A DNA stretch of 62,223 nt, filler included, from 7 parts of 7 records of this genome joined end to end with filler, not necessarily neighbours in it; one strand, 5' to 3'; counted from the first letter of the whole stretch, positions 10,451-20,925 are shown. Translations and numbers: made by a program. The notes: generated by a model not told the origin, from the sequence alone.

Positions 10451-11985
10451 TGGGTTCTGTGAAGTTGCAAGCGCGGCTGCTTGCCGTTTTCCTGCTTTTG
10501 TTGGGGGGCGGCAGTATCGCTTACCAGCTGTTGGTACAAAATGTGCCGCTCAGCCAGGACGAGAAGGACCCGGTGTGGGTCGTTGATGCTCAGGTGTCTT
10601 TTTCGGCCAAGGCCAACAAGCCCGTCAAAGTGCGCATGTTCGTGCCGCCACTGGGAGTGGGCTATACCACCCTCAATGAAAGTTTTATCTCCAACAATTA
10701 CGGCGTGAACGTGAATGTGGAGAAAGGCAACCGGCAAGTGACCTGGTCGTCCCGTCGCGCCGAAGGCAACCAGTACCTCTATTACCGCCTCATGCTCACG
10801 CCGCGTTATGCGGATGCTCCGGAAAATGACCCCGGCCCCCAATTCCGCCCGGCTCCGACACTGGACGGCCCGGACAAGCTGGCCGCTGACGCTCTGCTGG
10901 AGCCGATTCGCCAGCACTCGGCGGATGTGGAAACCTTTATCAGCGAGACCATCAAGCGGGTCAATGAGCTGGAAAACGATAATGTCCAGCTGCTGCTGGG
11001 CAGCGATGTGAGCCCGGAGAATCGGGCCAGCGTGATTGATCTGCTGTTGGCGGTGGCGCATATCCCCGCTGAACCGGTACATACATTGCGCCTGGCGGAG
11101 AGTCAGGAGCAGCAGCCGGAGCTGTGGCTACGCAGCTTTAACGGCAAGAAATGGCTTTATTTCAATCCGCTCAATGGCCAGCAGGGCCTGCCGGAAGACC
11201 GTCTGGTCTGGTGGAGTGGTCCCGGGCCGCTGCTGAATATCGAAGGCGGCAAGTCTGCGGACGTGAGTTTCAGCGTGCATGAGAACGAAATGAGCGCGTT
11301 GCAGCTGGCCCAGTCCCTGCGTTTGAAAGACGTAAGCAGTTTTATCGATTTCTCCCTTTACGAATTGCCCTTACCTGCCCAGCAGCTGTACCGCATCCTG
11401 GTGATGATCCCGGTGGGCGTTATGTTGGTGCTGTTTATCCGTTCGCTGATCGGTATGGAAACCCTGGGGACCTTTACTCCGGTGCTGATCGCCCTGGCAT
11501 TCCGTGAAACCCAGGTAGTCTGGGGGGTATTGCTGTTTACCTCCATCACCGCCATCGGCTTGTCGGTGCGCTCGTATCTCGAGCATCTAAAATTACAGTT
11601 ATTACCCCGGCTTTCCGTGGTGCTTACCTTTGTGGTGATTGCCATGGCGTTGATCAGCCTGCTGGGCTACAAGCTGGGCATGGGCTCGGGCTTGTCGGTG
11701 GCGTTGTTCCCCATGGTGATTCTGACCATGGTGATCGAGCGGACCTCCATCGTCTGGGAAGAGCGCGGTGGTACCCAGTCGCTGAAGGTGGCACTGGGCA
11801 CGCTGGTGGCCGCCATCTTCTGTCACCTGTTGATGGTGTGGCAGCCGCTGGTGTATTTCGTGTTCACCTTCCCGGGCGTGTTGCTGTGCCTGGCCGCAAT
11901 TATGGTGCTGATGGGGCACTACCGGGGCTATCGCCTCACCGAGCTGTTGCGGTTCCGTGCCATGGTGGACGGGGATAAACGCTGA
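10450..11985 (+). CDS. Inactive transglutaminase domain fused to 7TM domain
   Basis: Periplasmic domain then TLGTFTPVLIALAF and LFPMVILTMVIER TM region; typical position between peptidase and ATP-grasp genes. Confidence 0.85.
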   Translation: MGSVKLQARLLAVFLLLLGGGSIAYQLLVQNVPLSQDEKDPVWVVDAQVSFSAKANKPVKVRMFVPPLGVGYTTLNESFISNNYGVNVNVEKGNRQVTWSSRRAEGNQYLYYRLMLTPRYADAPENDPGPQFRPAPTLDGPDKLAADALLEPIRQHSADVETFISETIKRVNELENDNVQLLLGSDVSPENRASVIDLLLAVAHIPAEPVHTLRLAESQEQQPELWLRSFNGKKWLYFNPLNGQQGLPEDRLVWWSGPGPLLNIEGGKSADVSFSVHENEMSALQLAQSLRLKDVSSFIDFSLYELPLPAQQLYRILVMIPVGVMLVLFIRSLIGMETLGTFTPVLIALAFRETQVVWGVLLFTSITAIGLSVRSYLEHLKLQLLPRLSVVLTFVVIAMALISLLGYKLGMGSGLSVALFPMVILTMVIERTSIVWEERGGTQSLKVALGTLVAAIFCHLLMVWQPLVYFVFTFPGVLLCLAAIMVLMGHYRGYRLTELLRFRAMVDGDKR

Positions 11986-12971
11986 TGTTCTGGTCGAAAA
12001 CCCGCAAGGCCCTGCGCGCCCGTGGCGTTATGGGCATTAATCAGCGCAATGGCGATTACATACTGCGTTATAACAAACGCAGCCTGTACCCGTTGGTGGA
12101 CGACAAGATTCAGACCAAGCAAATGGCGCTGGATGCGGGAATCCGTGTGCCGCACATGTACGGCACCATCGCCACCGAGCAGGGCATCAGCACCTTGCAC
12201 CGGGTAGTGGAGCAGCACCGGGATTTCGTGATCAAGCCCGCGCAAGGGGCCGGCGGTGACGGCATCATGGTGATTGCCGATCGCTTCGAGGATTATTTCC
12301 GCTCCGCTTCCGGGCGCATCATTACCACCGAAGAACTTGAACACCATATCTCCGGGATCATTTCCGGTATCTATTCCCTCGGCGGTCATCGCGACCAGGC
12401 GCTGATCGAATACCGGGTGCGTTCTACCGAGCTGTTCAACCGGATCAGCTTCGAAGGGGTGCCGGATATTCGCATCATCGTGCTCAAGGGGTACCCGGTG
12501 GCGGCCATGTTGCGCTTGCCTACCCGGCAATCCCAGGGCAAGGCGAACCTGCACCAGGGCGCCATTGGTGTGGGCCTGGATCTGGCGTCCGGGGTCACGC
12601 TGGATGGCACCTGGCACAACCTGAAAATCGAGCGTCACCCGGATACCGCCAACCCGGTGGCCGGGCTGACCGTGCCGGACTGGCAGGAATGCCTGGAGCT
12701 GGCGGCCCGTTGCTACGACCTGACTGGCTTGGGCTATCTGGGGGTGGATCTGGTGATGGATCACGAGCATGGGCCGATGATGCTGGAGCTGAATGCCCGT
12801 CCGGGTCTGAATATCCAGATCGCCATGGACGATGGCCTGCTGCGCCGTTGCCAGATTATCGAGAAACAGCTTGAGGCCCTGAAAGACGAAACCCGTCCAG
12901 TGGCCGAACGGGTGGCCTTCGCCAAACAGCAATTTGCGGTGGCCGGCCCGGTGCCGGCGGAAGAAGAATAA
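11985..12971 (+). CDS. Alpha-L-glutamate ligase-like ATP-grasp protein (RimK-like)
   Basis: VDDK, FVIKPAQGAGGDGI, GVPDIRII, ANLHQG and LELNARPGL motifs. Confidence 0.9.
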   Translation: MFWSKTRKALRARGVMGINQRNGDYILRYNKRSLYPLVDDKIQTKQMALDAGIRVPHMYGTIATEQGISTLHRVVEQHRDFVIKPAQGAGGDGIMVIADRFEDYFRSASGRIITTEELEHHISGIISGIYSLGGHRDQALIEYRVRSTELFNRISFEGVPDIRIIVLKGYPVAAMLRLPTRQSQGKANLHQGAIGVGLDLASGVTLDGTWHNLKIERHPDTANPVAGLTVPDWQECLELAARCYDLTGLGYLGVDLVMDHEHGPMMLELNARPGLNIQIAMDDGLLRRCQIIEKQLEALKDETRPVAERVAFAKQQFAVAGPVPAEEE

Positions 12972-13019
12972 AGACCAGCAAGCGGCAAGCCTGTCGCTTG
13001 CTGCTTTCGTCAGCCGCTT

Positions 13020-13985
13020 TCAGCGAATCCCTTCCCCCTGTTGGGTGCCCTGCCAGAGTAGTGTGATCAATGGATCCTGTGGATCCCCCTGCACACTGTA
13101 AAAACGGTACTCCGCTTGCATCGTCCCGCTATCATCCTCCAGATCAATGGTGGCCAGGCCGTGAGTGGCGCGGGTGAAGCGTTGCTGTTCACTGGGATGC
13201 CCCAGGTCGTTGTTGATGCTGGCGGCCCCGGAAATCAGCTGACGGGTGCCCTGGTATTCCCCCTCATCGGACAGCACGTGGTCATGGCCGCCCACCAGCA
13301 GGTCCAGGTGGCCGAGCAGCTTTGGCTTGAGTGACAGGTTGATCATCTCGCCGGCATCGCCGTGGGAGCCGGTGCTGAACATGGGGTGGTGGGCAAAACC
13401 CAGGCTGAAGCGGCAGCCATGCAGGCGGGCCGTTTCCTTCGCCTGTTCCAGCCAGCTGCCCTGGCGGCGGAAGTAATACCATTTTTCGAACCAGGTGGTT
13501 TCCAGGCTGAAGGCGCAGGCGTCCGGCCATTGTTCAAAATAGTAGAAGTGGGGAAAGTGTACTTGTGGGTAGCGCCGCGCCACTTCCAGCCAGGCCTCGC
13601 CACTGCCTTTCCAGTCATGGTTGCCCAGCACCAGATAGAAGGGAATGCCCGCGTCCATGGCCGGTTTCATGGGGGTGAGGAAGCGACTTTCCAGCAGGGG
13701 ATCGTCGGCACTGGTGATGCCGTCCGGATACACAAGATCCCCCAGGTAGCGCACCTGATCACATTCCAGATGCACCAGTGCCTGCCCCACGGCCATGGAG
13801 GGGGCATTGCCCCAGCCACCGTCTCCCACAGCGCAGATGCGCTGCCCGGCCAGGGGCTCCTGATGAACCAGCCAGGGGCCGTGGGGGGTATGCCACCACC
13901 AGCCCAGCGCGGCGGCGATCAGGGTAAACAGCGACACCATCAGCAGCCAATGAAGTCTTGAGCGCATAAAGCAAAGCAAGGTCAA
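13020..13985 (-). CDS. Calcineurin-like metallophosphoesterase (acid phosphatase-like)
   Basis: GDGG, LGDLVY, LGNHD, HHP and GHDH metal-binding motifs. Confidence 0.88.
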   Translation of the reverse strand: MTLLCFMRSRLHWLLMVSLFTLIAAALGWWWHTPHGPWLVHQEPLAGQRICAVGDGGWGNAPSMAVGQALVHLECDQVRYLGDLVYPDGITSADDPLLESRFLTPMKPAMDAGIPFYLVLGNHDWKGSGEAWLEVARRYPQVHFPHFYYFEQWPDACAFSLETTWFEKWYYFRRQGSWLEQAKETARLHGCRFSLGFAHHPMFSTGSHGDAGEMINLSLKPKLLGHLDLLVGGHDHVLSDEGEYQGTRQLISGAASINNDLGHPSEQQRFTRATHGLATIDLEDDSGTMQAEYRFYSVQGDPQDPLITLLWQGTQQGEGIR

Positions 13986-14137
13986 TCACATGGGGTGCCG
14001 AGTGTGGGTGATCGTCATGACGATGGGGTGACAGCCGGTCGGTGTGGCTGCCATCGGGAGGATGCGCCCTCGGCCCGCGATTGCTATACTGCGCCGCCCA
14101 ATTTTTGAGCTGTCCCCACAGCAACGCAGGTTTTTCG

Positions 14138-15223
14138 ATGACAGAGGCAAGCCAACCAATCAAGCGCCGCGCCATTGCTCTGGTGTCCGGTGGACTGGAC
14201 TCCATGCTGGCGGTGAAAGTCATGCAGGAGCAGGGCATCGAGGTGGAAGGCGTCAACTTCTACACCGGCTTCTGCGTGGAAGGGCATACCCATGCCATCC
14301 GCAAAAAGGACAAGGACAAGGAAAAGCGCAACAACGCCTTGTGGGTCGCTGAGCAGCTGGGTATCAAGATGCACATCATTGATATCTCCGAGGAGTACAA
14401 GGATGTGGTGCTTAACCCCAAGCATGGCTACGGCGCCAACCTGAATCCCTGCCTGGACTGCAAGATTTTCATGGTCAACCAGGCCACGCTGATGATTAAC
14501 AAGGCCCGTGAGCTGGCGGGCGACCGGGGCTTCGATTTTATTGTTACCGGTGAGGTGATTGGTCAGCGGCCGAAGAGCCAGCGCAAGGAAACCATGCCGA
14601 TCATTAGCCAGGAATCCGGTGCGGATGATCGCCTGCTGCGCCCCCTGTGTGCCCAGAACCTGCCGCCCACCCTGCCCGAGCGCGAAGGCTGGGTGAATCG
14701 CGATGAGCTGCACGACTTTTCCGGGCGCAATCGCAAGCCGCAGATGGCGCTGGCTGCCAAGTTCGGGCTGGATGACTTTGCCCAGCCCGCCGGCGGTTGC
14801 TGTTTCCTGACCGATGAATCCTATTCCAACAAGCTGGCCGACCTGTGGAAGGCCCGCAATGAGCGTCGCTACGAGCTGGATGACATCATGCTGCTGAAAG
14901 TGGGTCGTCACCTGCGCCCGCAGCCCCATTACAAGCTGATCATCAGCCGCGAAGAAGGCGAAAACCGCTTTCTGGAAGGGTATCGTTACCAGTTCACCAG
15001 CCTTACTACGGTGAGCTGCCCGGGGCCGTTGGCACTGGTGGATGGCGAATTCGGCAGCGAGGCGGAGCTGGAGCAGGCTGCTGCCATTGTGGCCCGTTAC
15101 TCCAAGGGGCGGGTTGAAGAGACGGTGACCCTGGAGGTGCGTAGCCCTGACGGGGTGGCGCGGGAGATTACCGTGGCGCCGGCACAGCCGGATGCGGTAC
15201 TGGCCAGCTGGAATGTGGGCTGA
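14138..15223 (+). CDS. PP-loop tRNA thiouridylase-like protein (ThiI/MnmA-related, DUF814-type C-terminus)
   Basis: SGGLDS PP-loop, NPCLDCK, TGEVIGQRPKSQ, PAGGCCFL and GRHLR motifs; adjacent to tusA. Confidence 0.8.
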   Translation: MTEASQPIKRRAIALVSGGLDSMLAVKVMQEQGIEVEGVNFYTGFCVEGHTHAIRKKDKDKEKRNNALWVAEQLGIKMHIIDISEEYKDVVLNPKHGYGANLNPCLDCKIFMVNQATLMINKARELAGDRGFDFIVTGEVIGQRPKSQRKETMPIISQESGADDRLLRPLCAQNLPPTLPEREGWVNRDELHDFSGRNRKPQMALAAKFGLDDFAQPAGGCCFLTDESYSNKLADLWKARNERRYELDDIMLLKVGRHLRPQPHYKLIISREEGENRFLEGYRYQFTSLTTVSCPGPLALVDGEFGSEAELEQAAAIVARYSKGRVEETVTLEVRSPDGVAREITVAPAQPDAVLASWNVG

Positions 15224-15230
15224 TTCGACG

Positions 15231-15482
15231 ATGACCTCTCCCCTTCACGAACTGGATGTGCGCCGGTTGCTGTGCCCCATGCCGGTGATCAAGACCCAGA
15301 ACAAGGTAAGAACCCTGGCCACCGGCGACACGCTGAAAGTGGTCTGCACCGACCCCGGCGCGTTGAGCGATATCCCGGCCTGGTGCCGGATTAACGGCCA
15401 CGAGGTGCTGGAAATGGGTGAGCAGGGCAACGAGGTTTTTGTGGTGCTGCGAGTGGGCGAAGACAATGGTGCACTATTTTAG
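15231..15482 (+). CDS. tusA: TusA-family sulfur carrier
   Basis: LDVRRLLCPMPV and TDPGALSDIPAWC motifs. Confidence 0.85.
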   Translation: MTSPLHELDVRRLLCPMPVIKTQNKVRTLATGDTLKVVCTDPGALSDIPAWCRINGHEVLEMGEQGNEVFVVLRVGEDNGALF

Positions 15483-15530
15483 TGCTTTGCACTTATTGAG
15501 TGCACCGTTGCTGTGCACCAAAATGAATCA
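15470..15530. promoter_or_regulatory. Cluster of NtrC-binding sites upstream of glnA
   Basis: TGCACTATTTTAGTGCT (15470), TGCACTTATTGAGTGCA (15488) and TGCACCAAAATGAATCA (15514) resemble TGCAC-N7-GTGCA. Confidence 0.8.
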
Positions 15531-15578
15531 TCTTCCCTGGTTTCTGCGATTTAGGCGGGGAATGCGCTAAAAAAGGGC

Positions 15579-15593
15579 TGGCACGGTATTTGC
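15579..15593 (+). promoter_or_regulatory. Sigma54 promoter of glnA (-24/-12)
   Basis: TGGCAC-GGTAT-TTGC matches the consensus, downstream of the NtrC boxes. Confidence 0.88.
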
Positions 15594-15711
15594 CTCCCTA
15601 TTGGCAAAGCTGGCCCAGTGGCCGAGAATACCGGCTCTTTGTGTTGCGCTTACCCAGAGTGGCACGACGAGTCAGAGACAAACCCGCTGTTCCTTAGGAG
15701 GACGCACGATA

Positions 15712-17118
15712 ATGTCTGTTAAGACCCTCAAACTGATCAAAGAAAACGATGTGAAATGGGTGGACCTGCGCTTCACCGATAGCTCTGGCAAGGAGCAGCA
15801 CGTCACCCTTCCGGTTGGCGAAATCGATGAAGATTTCTTCCAGGACGGCAAAATGTTTGATGGCTCCTCCATCGCTGGTTGGAAGGGCATCAACGAATCC
15901 GACATGGTAATGATGCCGGATGACGAGTCCGCCGTAATGGACCCGTTCACCGACGTGGCTACCCTGAACCTGCGCTGCGACATTCTTGAGCCGACCACCA
16001 TGCAAGGTTACGAGCGCGACCCGCGTTCCGTTGCCCGTCGTGCCGAGGAATACCTGAAGTCGACCGGCATCGCGGATACCGCCCTGTTCGGTCCGGAGCC
16101 TGAGTTTTTCGTATTTGATTCCGTGCAGTGGAAATCCGACATGCAGGGTTCCATGTACAACATCCACTCTGAAGAAGCGGCGTGGGTGTCCCACGAAGAC
16201 TTCGAAGGCGGCAACATCGGTCACCGTCCGGGCGTGAAAGGGGGTTACTTCCCGGTTCCGCCGGTAGACAGCCTGCACGATCTGCGTGGCGCCATGTGTT
16301 CTGCCATGGAGTCCATGGGGCTGAAAATCGAAGTGCATCACCACGAAGTGGGCACCGCGGGCCAGTGCGAAATCGGCGTTGGCGCCAACACCCTGACCGC
16401 CAAGGCGGACGAAGTACAGATCCTCAAGTACTGCGTACACAACGTGGCACATGCTTACGGTAAAACCGCTACCTTCATGCCCAAGCCGCTGATCGGTGAT
16501 AACGGCTCCGGTATGCACGTGCACGTATCCCTGGGCAAAGACGGCAAAAACCTGTTTGCCGGTGACGGCTATGCAGGCCTGTCTGACGAAGCGCTGTATT
16601 TCATCGGCGGTATCATCAAGCACGCCCGCGCCCTGAACGCATTCACCAATGCTTCCACCAACGCCTACAAGCGTCTGGTGCCCGGTTTTGAAGCGCCGGT
16701 AATGCTGGCCTACTCTGCTCGCAACCGCTCTGCGTCCATCCGCATTCCGTTTGTGAACAGCGCCAAGGCCCGTCGTGTGGAAGCGCGCTTCCCTGATCCG
16801 TCTGCGAACCCGTACCTGTGCTTCGCTTCCCTGCTGATGGCTGGCCTGGACGGCATCAAGAACAAGATGCACCCTGGCGATGCCATGGACAAGGATCTGT
16901 ACGATCTGCCGGCTGAAGAAGCCAAAGACATCCCCACCGTGGCTCACACTCTGACCATGGCGCTGGATTGTCTGGAAGAAGACATGGACTTCCTGACCGA
17001 AGGTGACGTGTTCACCAAGGACATGCTGGAAGGCTACATCGCACTCAAGCGTGCCGAGGTTGAGCGTTTGAACATGACCCCGCACCCGGTTGAGTTCGAT
17101 ATGTACTACTCCTGCTAA
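15712..17118 (+). CDS. glnA: Glutamine synthetase type I
   Basis: [29 protein letters not shown] and NGSGMH motifs; AGGAGG RBS before ATG 15712. Confidence 0.98.
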   Translation: MSVKTLKLIKENDVKWVDLRFTDSSGKEQHVTLPVGEIDEDFFQDGKMFDGSSIAGWKGINESDMVMMPDDESAVMDPFTDVATLNLRCDILEPTTMQGYERDPRSVARRAEEYLKSTGIADTALFGPEPEFFVFDSVQWKSDMQGSMYNIHSEEAAWVSHEDFEGGNIGHRPGVKGGYFPVPPVDSLHDLRGAMCSAMESMGLKIEVHHHEVGTAGQCEIGVGANTLTAKADEVQILKYCVHNVAHAYGKTATFMPKPLIGDNGSGMHVHVSLGKDGKNLFAGDGYAGLSDEALYFIGGIIKHARALNAFTNASTNAYKRLVPGFEAPVMLAYSARNRSASIRIPFVNSAKARRVEARFPDPSANPYLCFASLLMAGLDGIKNKMHPGDAMDKDLYDLPAEEAKDIPTVAHTLTMALDCLEEDMDFLTEGDVFTKDMLEGYIALKRAEVERLNMTPHPVEFDMYYSC

Positions 17119-17145
17119 TATCCTTCGGGAAACAGCAGAAAAGAG

Positions 17146-17172
17146 GCCCCCGCTTGTCGGGGGCTTTTTTTT
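17146..17172 (+). terminator. Intrinsic terminator after glnA
   Basis: GCCCCCG-loop-CGGGGGC followed by a T run. Confidence 0.82.
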
Positions 17173-17262
17173 GCTGGAAAAAAGCGTGCTATTTTGTGCG
17201 CTTCCCCCTTTTCTGGGCGGCCCAGCCGGGCCAGAATCAAGGGCAGTCATAGGGAGATAACA

Positions 17263-18024
17263 ATGAAAAAGTCGCTGATTGCGGTGGTTGCCTTGGGTCT
17301 GGTCTCTGGATTAAGTCTGGCGGCCACGGCGGAAGATGGGGATGGCGCCAACAGGGCGGAGGCCTCCGACGCGCCGGCGTCGAAGATTTACCGGACCACC
17401 GATGAAAAGGGCAATGTGGTATTCACCGATCAACCCGGAGAGAGTAGCCGCTCCGAGGAAGTGAAACTGAAAACCACCAATACAGTGCCAATCAAGAAGG
17501 TGGAAATGCCGGAGGCGCTGTCGGCGCCAGAGGAAGAGGCGGCGGACCCCTCGGTAGAGGAGTACACATCGCTGACGATTACTTCCCCGGAAAGCGGCTC
17601 TACGCTACGTAACCCGACCGATGCTGTGTATGTGTCCGTGAATTTGCAGCCCGGGCTGCAGCCCGGCGATAGCCTGGTGTTGCTGGATAATGGCGTGGAG
17701 CAGCCCGCCCTGCAGCTGGATGCGCCGGAACGCGGAGTGCATAACCTGATCGTGAAAGTAGTGAGTGAGGAGGGCGAAACCCGCATCACCTCCGAGCCGG
17801 TGGAAGTGTACATTCACCGCAGCACGGTCAGTGATTTCCGCAATGTCCCCGGTGGCGGGAGTAACGGCGGTGCTGCGCAAGTCGGTGGTGCAGCGGACCG
17901 TGGTGGTTCCGCCAATGTGGGAGGCAGTGCTTCAACCGGGGGCGCTGCCAGCGTGGGCGGTGGTGCAGATCGGGGCACCGCAGCCCAGCCGGCAAAACCG
18001 AATCGGAGCATTCGCAGCAACTAA
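17263..18024 (+). CDS. Secreted DUF4124-domain protein with Ig-like domain and Gly-rich repeat tail
   Basis: Signal peptide and IYRTTDEKGNVVFTDQP motif; such genes typically lie between glnA and glnL. Confidence 0.8.
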   Translation: MKKSLIAVVALGLVSGLSLAATAEDGDGANRAEASDAPASKIYRTTDEKGNVVFTDQPGESSRSEEVKLKTTNTVPIKKVEMPEALSAPEEEAADPSVEEYTSLTITSPESGSTLRNPTDAVYVSVNLQPGLQPGDSLVLLDNGVEQPALQLDAPERGVHNLIVKVVSEEGETRITSEPVEVYIHRSTVSDFRNVPGGGSNGGAAQVGGAADRGGSANVGGSASTGGAASVGGGADRGTAAQPAKPNRSIRSN

Positions 18025-18027
18025 TAA

Positions 18028-18044
18028 TGCACCCTAATGGTGCA
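18028..18044. promoter_or_regulatory. NtrC-binding site upstream of glnL
   Basis: TGCACCCTAATGGTGCA, near-perfect consensus. Confidence 0.85.
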
Positions 18045-18180
18045 TTTCGCCCCTCCTTCCCTTTAAACTCATCAATAGCAGGCTTTTACGCCTGTGCTGC
18101 AGGCCGCTGATACCCGCTTTTTCGGGCTGATCTACAGATGGCCTGATAATTGCTTATGCCCTGTTATGGGCCAATTTCTG

Positions 18181-19272
18181 ATGGGTGACATTACGTTGCA
18201 CAAACGACTACTGGATCACCTGCGTACCGCAGTGATCATGCTGGACGATGCCTTGTGCGTGCGCTACCTGAACCCGGCGGCAGAAATGTTGCTGGCGACC
18301 AGCACCAGCCGTGCCGTCGGTCAGCCTCTGCCCGATTACTTTTTCGATGATGAAGAAGCCCGCCTCGCCATTCAGCAGTGCATTGATGATGAGCACCCCT
18401 TCACCCAGCGTGAAGCGCGGCTGTCGGTGGCGCCGGGCCATGAAATCATGGTGGATTATTCGGTCAGCCCGATTAACGAGCCGGGCCAGCCTTTGTGTCT
18501 GCTGATGGAAATGCAGTCACTGGATCGTTTGCTGCGGATCAGTCGTGAAGAAGCGCTGATTCATGCGCACCAGGCTACGCGGGCATTGGTGCGGGGTGTG
18601 GCCCATGAAATCAAGAATCCGCTGGGTGGCATCCGCGGTGCGGCCCAGTTGCTGGAGCGGGCGCTGCCTGACCCGGAGCTGACCGAGTACACCAAGGTCA
18701 TTATCGATGAAGCCGACCGGCTGCGGTCGGTGGCGGACCGCATGCTCGGCCCGCGCAAGCCGCCCGAGTTCCGTGCGGTAAATGTGCACGAGTGCCTGGA
18801 GCATGTGCGCCAATTGCTGCTGGCGGAATACCCCAAAGGCGTGGCGATCTGGCGCGATTACGACATCAGCTTGCCGGATGTGATCGCCGACCGGGACCAG
18901 CTGATTCAGGTATTACTGAACCTTATCCGCAACGCCACCCAGGCGTTGCTGGAATCGAAGACGCCGGCACCGCGCATCACCATGCGTACCCGGGTGTTGC
19001 GCCAGTTCACCATTGGCGCCCAGCGACACCGTTTGGTGTTGCGCATGGACATTATCGATAACGGCCCGGGCATTGCCGAGGATGTGCAGGAAACCCTGTT
19101 CTATCCCATGGTCAGTGGCCGTGCCAGCGGCACCGGGCTGGGACTTTCCATTGCACAGTCCATCATCAGCCAGCATCAGGGGTTGATCGAGTGCGAGAGT
19201 CAGCCGGGCGAAACCGTGTTTAGCATCCTGCTGCCCATGGAGCAGCTGGATGAAACAGAGAAACCGACATAG
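18181..19272 (+). CDS. glnL: Nitrogen regulation sensor kinase NtrB
   Basis: PAS domain, AHEIKNPLGGIRGAAQLL, DNGPGI and GTGLGL motifs; start inferred. Confidence 0.95.
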   Translation: MGDITLHKRLLDHLRTAVIMLDDALCVRYLNPAAEMLLATSTSRAVGQPLPDYFFDDEEARLAIQQCIDDEHPFTQREARLSVAPGHEIMVDYSVSPINEPGQPLCLLMEMQSLDRLLRISREEALIHAHQATRALVRGVAHEIKNPLGGIRGAAQLLERALPDPELTEYTKVIIDEADRLRSVADRMLGPRKPPEFRAVNVHECLEHVRQLLLAEYPKGVAIWRDYDISLPDVIADRDQLIQVLLNLIRNATQALLESKTPAPRITMRTRVLRQFTIGAQRHRLVLRMDIIDNGPGIAEDVQETLFYPMVSGRASGTGLGLSIAQSIISQHQGLIECESQPGETVFSILLPMEQLDETEKPT

Positions 19273-19359
19273 CGTTAATTGCGCTGCTTTGAACAGAGCG
19301 ACGCCATACAAGCCGGCCGCTGATTGCGGTGGCGATGGAAACAACAGGAGTAGCAGGTC

Positions 19360-20018
19360 ATGAGTGTCAGTATTTGGGTTGTGGATGATGACCGCTCCAT
19401 TCGCTGGGTGTTGGAAAAGGCGCTGGGCCAGGAAGGCTACGCGGTGACCTGCTTTGAAGATGCGGATGAAGCGCTCAATACCCTGGAACAGGGCGGGCAG
19501 GAACCGGAAGTGCTGATCAGCGACGTGCGCATGCCCGGCACGGACGGGTTGCGGATGCTGAAAATTCTACAGCGCAAGAATCCGGATTTGCCGGTGATCA
19601 TCATGACGGCGCATTCCGATCTGGATTCTGCCGTGGCGTCCTACCAGGGTGGCGCGTTTGAATACCTGCCGAAACCGTTTGATGTGGATGAGGCGGTGGC
19701 GCTGGTGCGCCGGGCCATCAAGCATCGGGAAGAGTCCCGTGGCGATTTTCCTGAACCGGTTGAAGAAGCGCCCACCGAAATTATCGGTGAAGCCCCGGCC
19801 ATGCAGGAAGTGTTTCGTGCCATTGGCCGGTTGAGTCACTCCAATGTGACGGTGTTGATCAATGGTCAGTCCGGTACCGGTAAGGAGCTGGTAGCCCGGG
19901 CTTTGCACCGCCATTCCATGCGGCGCGAGAAAAACTTCGTTGCCCTGAACATGGCGGCCATTCCCAAAGACCTGATCGAGTCAGAGTTGTTCGGTCATGA
20001 AAAGGGAGCCTTCACCGG
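19360..20018 (+). CDS. glnG: Nitrogen regulation response regulator NtrC (3' truncated)
   Basis: VDDDRSIRWVLEKAL, GQSGTGKEL and ESELFGHEKGAFT motifs. Confidence 0.95.
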
Positions 20019-20118
20019 NNNNNNNNNNNNNNNNNNNNNNNNNNNNNNNNNNNNNNNNNNNNTTAATTAATTAANNNNNNNNNNNNNNNNNNNNNNNNNN
20101 NNNNNNNNNNNNNNNNNN
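20019..20118. other. Artificial contig linker
   Basis: N44-TTAATTAATTAA-N44 (stops in all frames); composition changes across it. Confidence 0.98.
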
Positions 20119-20168
20119 GCTTTAGCGGATGAGAAGCGAAGGAACTAACAAGCTAATCGGAAAACAAA

Positions 20169-20795
20169 TTACCTAATCACATTTACCCAATCATCTGGGC
20201 TAATGTTATGGAAACCATTCATGCCCATGGCCATGGCCGCTTGAATATTCTCTAATCTATCATCAATAAATAAGGTGCGCGAAGCATTCAATTGATGATC
20301 GTTAAGAATAGGTTGCCATGCGCCAAAGTTAGGCTTGCGCTCCCCCACTTCCTGTGAAAAGTAAACTTGGGTGAAATACTCATGAAACGACTTATTTGGA
20401 GAAATCAAGTCAACAAGTCTGAGAAAAAACCTCGCATGGATATCGTTGGTATTGCTCATTACAAAGAGCTTATACGTTTTTGAAAGTTCTTCAAGCTTCT
20501 GAAGTCGCTGCATTGGAATTTGCCCAAGCATAGCATTCCATGCACCATCTAAAATATTATCTTCAGAAAACACATTTAATGACTCCCTTAAATGTGCTCT
20601 AAAAGTAGGGTCGTCAATATGGCCTGTTTCATAAAGCTTAAAGAATTCAGCCGTTTTCGACAGCTCAAGTACTTCATTTTCAGTACGCCCAGAGATTTCA
20701 GCAAAGGCCTTAATAGTCGCGGCTTCATCTAAATTAATGATTACCCCACCTAAGTCGAAAATGATTGAATCTATATTGCTTAAATCTGGCGTCAT
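20169..20795 (-). CDS. HAD-family phosphatase (YihX-like)
   Basis: FDLGGV, MSNTN, RKP and FIDDRLENI motifs. Confidence 0.9.
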   Translation of the reverse strand: MTPDLSNIDSIIFDLGGVIINLDEAATIKAFAEISGRTENEVLELSKTAEFFKLYETGHIDDPTFRAHLRESLNVFSEDNILDGAWNAMLGQIPMQRLQKLEELSKTYKLFVMSNTNDIHARFFLRLVDLISPNKSFHEYFTQVYFSQEVGERKPNFGAWQPILNDHQLNASRTLFIDDRLENIQAAMAMGMNGFHNISPDDWVNVIR

Positions 20796-20925
20796 GTTTT
20801 GTTGTTTAATTAATCGCAAATATGTAACATTGCACTCCCAAAATCAAAGGGTTTAAAGCACAATGTAGTCTGTTCATTTTTCAGAATAGCTGCAACATAA
20901 AACCAGCCGCTTTAAATAAGATCTT

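Noticed and set aside
15694-17250. 518-aa ORF antisense to glnA
   Set aside because: Shadow ORF from biased codon usage in a GC-rich gene; no recognisable motifs.
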